A DNA stretch of 64,000 nt from Monocercomonoides exilis PA203 (Eukaryota; Protista; Preaxostyla), in assembly GCA_001643675.2 (NCBI GenBank), contig LSRY02000006.1:1922001-1986000 (forward strand). The letters run 5' to 3'. Positions 60,801-64,000 of this stretch are shown in pieces. Made by a program: the position numbers and the translations under genes. Numbering within the stretch: the first letter of the stretch is position 1; every line of letters starts with the position of its first letter. The notes beneath the pieces were generated by a model that saw only the letters and a list, made by a program, of their open reading frames with translations, ran no database searches and was not told the origin of the DNA.

Positions 60801-63051
60801 TCTTCCAATGAAAGTAATCCCCCCCATCGGATACTGCAAACACATTTGGGGAAGAATCTCTTGTTGCATTGTGATCGAAACCCAAATGTTGAACATTCAG
60901 CTGCCCACTCTTCACACTGAACAGCGTTGTAGAAGATAAAGAAAGCGATTTTGTTCCAATCACACTTTCCTCTCTTCCTTTTCCCAAAATAGAAATCTTT
61001 GCTTCAATCTCAATTGTCATTGTCTCGCTTTGATGATTTCCTTCCATCAGCATAACTGACAAGATCACTTGCATTAAACTATGACAAACTGCAATGCCAA
61101 TGGATTCACATGCATTTGCTTCATTAGCCCCACATAACTCTTCTTCACCACCACCACTCACTGCCACAAATCGATTGAGAATTCCCCTCTTCAGCCAATC
61201 CTTCTTTTCCGTGTGTTGAACAGACCAACTACTTCCCGTATAATCATATCCATAACACACTCTCTTGTCATCTGTATTTGTTGTGTCGCATTCATAGAAA
61301 GGATTGTTTGAAGACTTAAAAACATTATATCGATCATAATATACCATATCATGACCATATGGAGTATCTGCAGAGCATTTGCATTCATGAAAGAACAAAA
61401 AACAACAATAAATCACATCATTTTGTGATGCTTGTCTGTATGGATACAGCTCCAACCCTCCTCCATACGCCGCTGCTGAGCATGAAATAAATTGAACGCT
61501 CCTCATTTTGAATTGCGTGATTGGAATATTGTAACAATACATACCTCCACCGCCTGTGCTTGTAAGTGAACATGAAGTGAAACTGCAGTCGAACACACAC
61601 GCACTTTCCCCTCCTTCATTTTTATCTCCAATGCACCCTGTTCCTGAAACATCAAAACTTTCTAGATAAAGCCCTCCTGCGCTACTTTTTGCAGTGCAAC
61701 CCTGGAATTTGCAACTGCTGATCCGAACACATGATAAAATCTGAAAAACAAACACTCCTCCTCCATATCGATTTAATGCAGTACAAGAATCAAAGTTGTT
61801 GTTCACAATCTCAACCGATTTTATGTGAAAGCACATGATTGCCCCTCCACACCAAAAAGAATTGCAATCTTTGAAAGAGCAATGAGAAACAGATACAGAG
61901 GCATTTGTTTGATTGGACATGAAAATCGCCCCTCCACTTGATATTCCATCAGTATACGAGTCACTTTTTCCTGTTGTTCTCGATCCATTCCATTCACACC
62001 AAGTGAATGAATTTGCTCCATTTTCTGTTTCGTTTTGTCTTTCTGGTGTCAACTTATTCTCTTCAGTTCCGATGCATTCAGCGTTTCTTGTTCTGCAACA
62101 TCCAACAAACGAGGTGTTTGAGGCTGTCAAGGAAGCCAAGTGGTTGTTGAGGGAGGGAACAATTCCGCCATCATACGCATTGCAAACTGATGAGAATGAA
62201 CAGTCATTCATCAGAGTGCAGCACCCACATCCCAAATCAAAACGAATCCCTTTGTGTGTAGGAACCGTTGAAATGTTGGAGAAAATCAAATCTGTGAGTA
62301 AAACGCTCCCAACAAAGGAAGATGACAGAAATGGAGGTGAAGAAGTCTGGAATGAAGAGAAGCCCGATGAGAAAATTGAGACATAACTGGAAGACTGGCT
62401 TTTTGATCCACTCATTTGCGTGGAGAAAAGAGGAGGCATTTGAGTTTGTTGTGCATTCCAAAATCGAAGTGTCAAGTTTGACAGAGATATTCGACTCCCA
62501 CACAAATCAAATGGACTTATCTCACTTCTGACCTCAAAACGGCATCCAGAAATCATCACAATACTTTCAGTCCTTAAGGTTATTGAACTTGTATTTCCAT
62601 TTGCCTTTATCCCCATATTCATGCACAACAGAGATGAACTATCCAGAATAATGTGGCTTCTCATCTTGCTTTCTTCAATTCCTTTATAAGCCTTCTTTTC
62701 GTTGTGGATGCTAATATATGATGCTTCCCCATCAGTTGTGATGATATTCCTGTTAGCGTTTGTGTTTGAAGATTCAATGGTGTTGTTTTGTTTCATTTTC
62801 CATTTTCCACTCCATCCCTCAAGTCCATCGTATTCAGAATTATTCTCGTTGAATTGTACTTGAATGTGAGTTTTCTTTGCATTGGAACTATTTTCAGTCT
62901 CCATTGAAGTCATCCAACCACTTGCAGGAATAATTTTCAAAATATTCGAATTAGGAATTATTCCAATTTTGTCGTTTGTGGAATCCTCGCACAAGCAATA
63001 CCCATGAATGATTTTCCACAAAATTGCAACAATAACTTTCAATAGATTCAT
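54821..63051 (-). pseudogene. Disrupted receptor-like pseudokinase: signal peptide, Cys-rich beta-helix-type ectodomain, TM, degenerate tyrosine-kinase-like C-lobe
   Basis: Five collinear ORFs joined by frameshifts near 60820 (G7 run on the coding strand), 59480 and 59040, plus an in-frame TGA at 56390-56392. TM YWMLIAIVLVVILLFVLVISIIFIV. Kinase remnants LRWKAPE, FSIGMMLWECLTLEIPF and RPTL, but no GxGxxG, HRD or DFG. Confidence 0.8.
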
Positions 63052-63693
63052 TTTGATGAGAAAAATTGACTTTCTTTTTAGATTTTTGATTTATTATTAT
63101 TAAGGGTTACATTTGATCCAAAAATGAATGATTCAAAAACATAATACATTAAATTCATGTCAAGCATTTCATAAGAAAAAAGTGAAATTAAATTATATGG
63201 CTATTTCAACAATTGTTCACATTTCTCTCGAAATTTCTAAGATTATTGGATGACTTGTGATTTTCTAATTGTAATCCTTTGTCTTTGTCCAATAAATCGA
63301 CTTGGACGTTTATTTTTTGAAAGACAATGATTTGATAACCATTTTCGTTTTCATCAAAAATAAAATTGAAATAAAATTGAATTTCGAAATGGATTCAAAA
63401 ATGATTGGTGGAACAAATTCCATAAAGAAAATATTTTCGTCCCTTATTGAAGCAAGCATGTTTTTCAATTTGAAATAACATAGCTACAAATTAATGAATT
63501 AATTGAAAGAAATTTTCACATGCAATTTAACTTAACAACAATTAAAATGGACTCAAAAATGATATACAAATCAAAAAATAAAGTAATGAAGTTTAGACCT
63601 TTTTATAAAATAAACAACAATCACCAACAACAAAGTTATAAACATGTAAATGTGAAACAACAAATGCAATTTTCATGTTTTATTTTCACAAAA

Positions 63694-64000
63694 TCACTTA
63701 GATTCATCTTTTATCTCTTCATTTGCTTTTTCAGTCACAGGAGTCTTTTCTTCCACATTTTCGTTTTCTTTCTTTTCATCTGTTGTTTGTTGAGTTTCAG
63801 ATTCAACTTCTGTTTTTTGTTCTTCTTCTTTCAAACTGTCATTCTTTTGGGATGCTTCAAATGCCTTGTCAGCCTCTTCCATCTGACTCAGAAGACTAAC
63901 CTTCTTTTTCGGTTCTTCGTTGCTTTCTCCTTCTCCTTCCTTATTCTCTTCTCCGCTCGGCTTCGATGCCAAAAACTCTTCCAGCAGCTTGTTTCTCCTT
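63694..64000 (-). CDS. 3' end of an E/K-rich hypothetical protein (5'-partial)
   Basis: Frame is open from the window edge to TGA at 63694, with coding-like composition. Confidence 0.6.
   Translation of the reverse strand, partial: RRNKLLEEFLASKPSGEENKEGEGESNEEPKKKVSLLSQMEEADKAFEASQKNDSLKEEEQKTEVESETQQTTDEKKENENVEEKTPVTEKANEEIKDESK

Noticed and set aside
59032-60830. Introns or programmed frameshifting to explain the breaks in the receptor-pseudokinase
   Set aside because: No AT-rich GTNTG...AG segments at the breaks and no common slippery motif; decay or sequencing error is simpler.
1-64000. CRISPR arrays, rRNA, tRNA, telomeric arrays, prokaryotic operons
   Set aside because: None recognisable by eye. 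Small RNA genes could have been missed without tRNAscan-SE or Infernal.

Overview
AT-rich eukaryotic genomic DNA with the standard genetic code and many short GT-AG introns whose donors are mostly GTNTG. Gene content and the lineage-type gene families suggest a flagellated metamonad, probably an oxymonad such as Monocercomonoides (inference, not database-checked). In order: the 3' part of a hypothetical gene caught in a 4.25-kb near-perfect palindrome; ER Hsp70/BiP ending in ADEL; a decayed 2.0-kb pogo/Tc1-mariner transposon with TIRs, TA TSD and an intron; a 1.07-kb foldback element; a head-to-head pair of giant Cys-rich type-I membrane proteins (1745 and about 2198 aa); a CaMKK-like kinase with a long Ser-rich tail; CEP19; a small secreted MRH-domain protein; a giant (about 5586 aa) inner-arm dynein heavy chain; an 8-intron Rab32B gene with a probable 3-nt microexon; poly-T tracts and a MITE; a decayed lineage-specific pseudogene; and a disrupted receptor-pseudokinase of the same ectodomain family. 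Best candidates for new biology are the paired surface-receptor locus with a shared cytoplasmic DEQxP motif, the gene-containing palindrome, and the microexon and +4U splice-site system. All exon models were read by eye and need RNA-seq confirmation.
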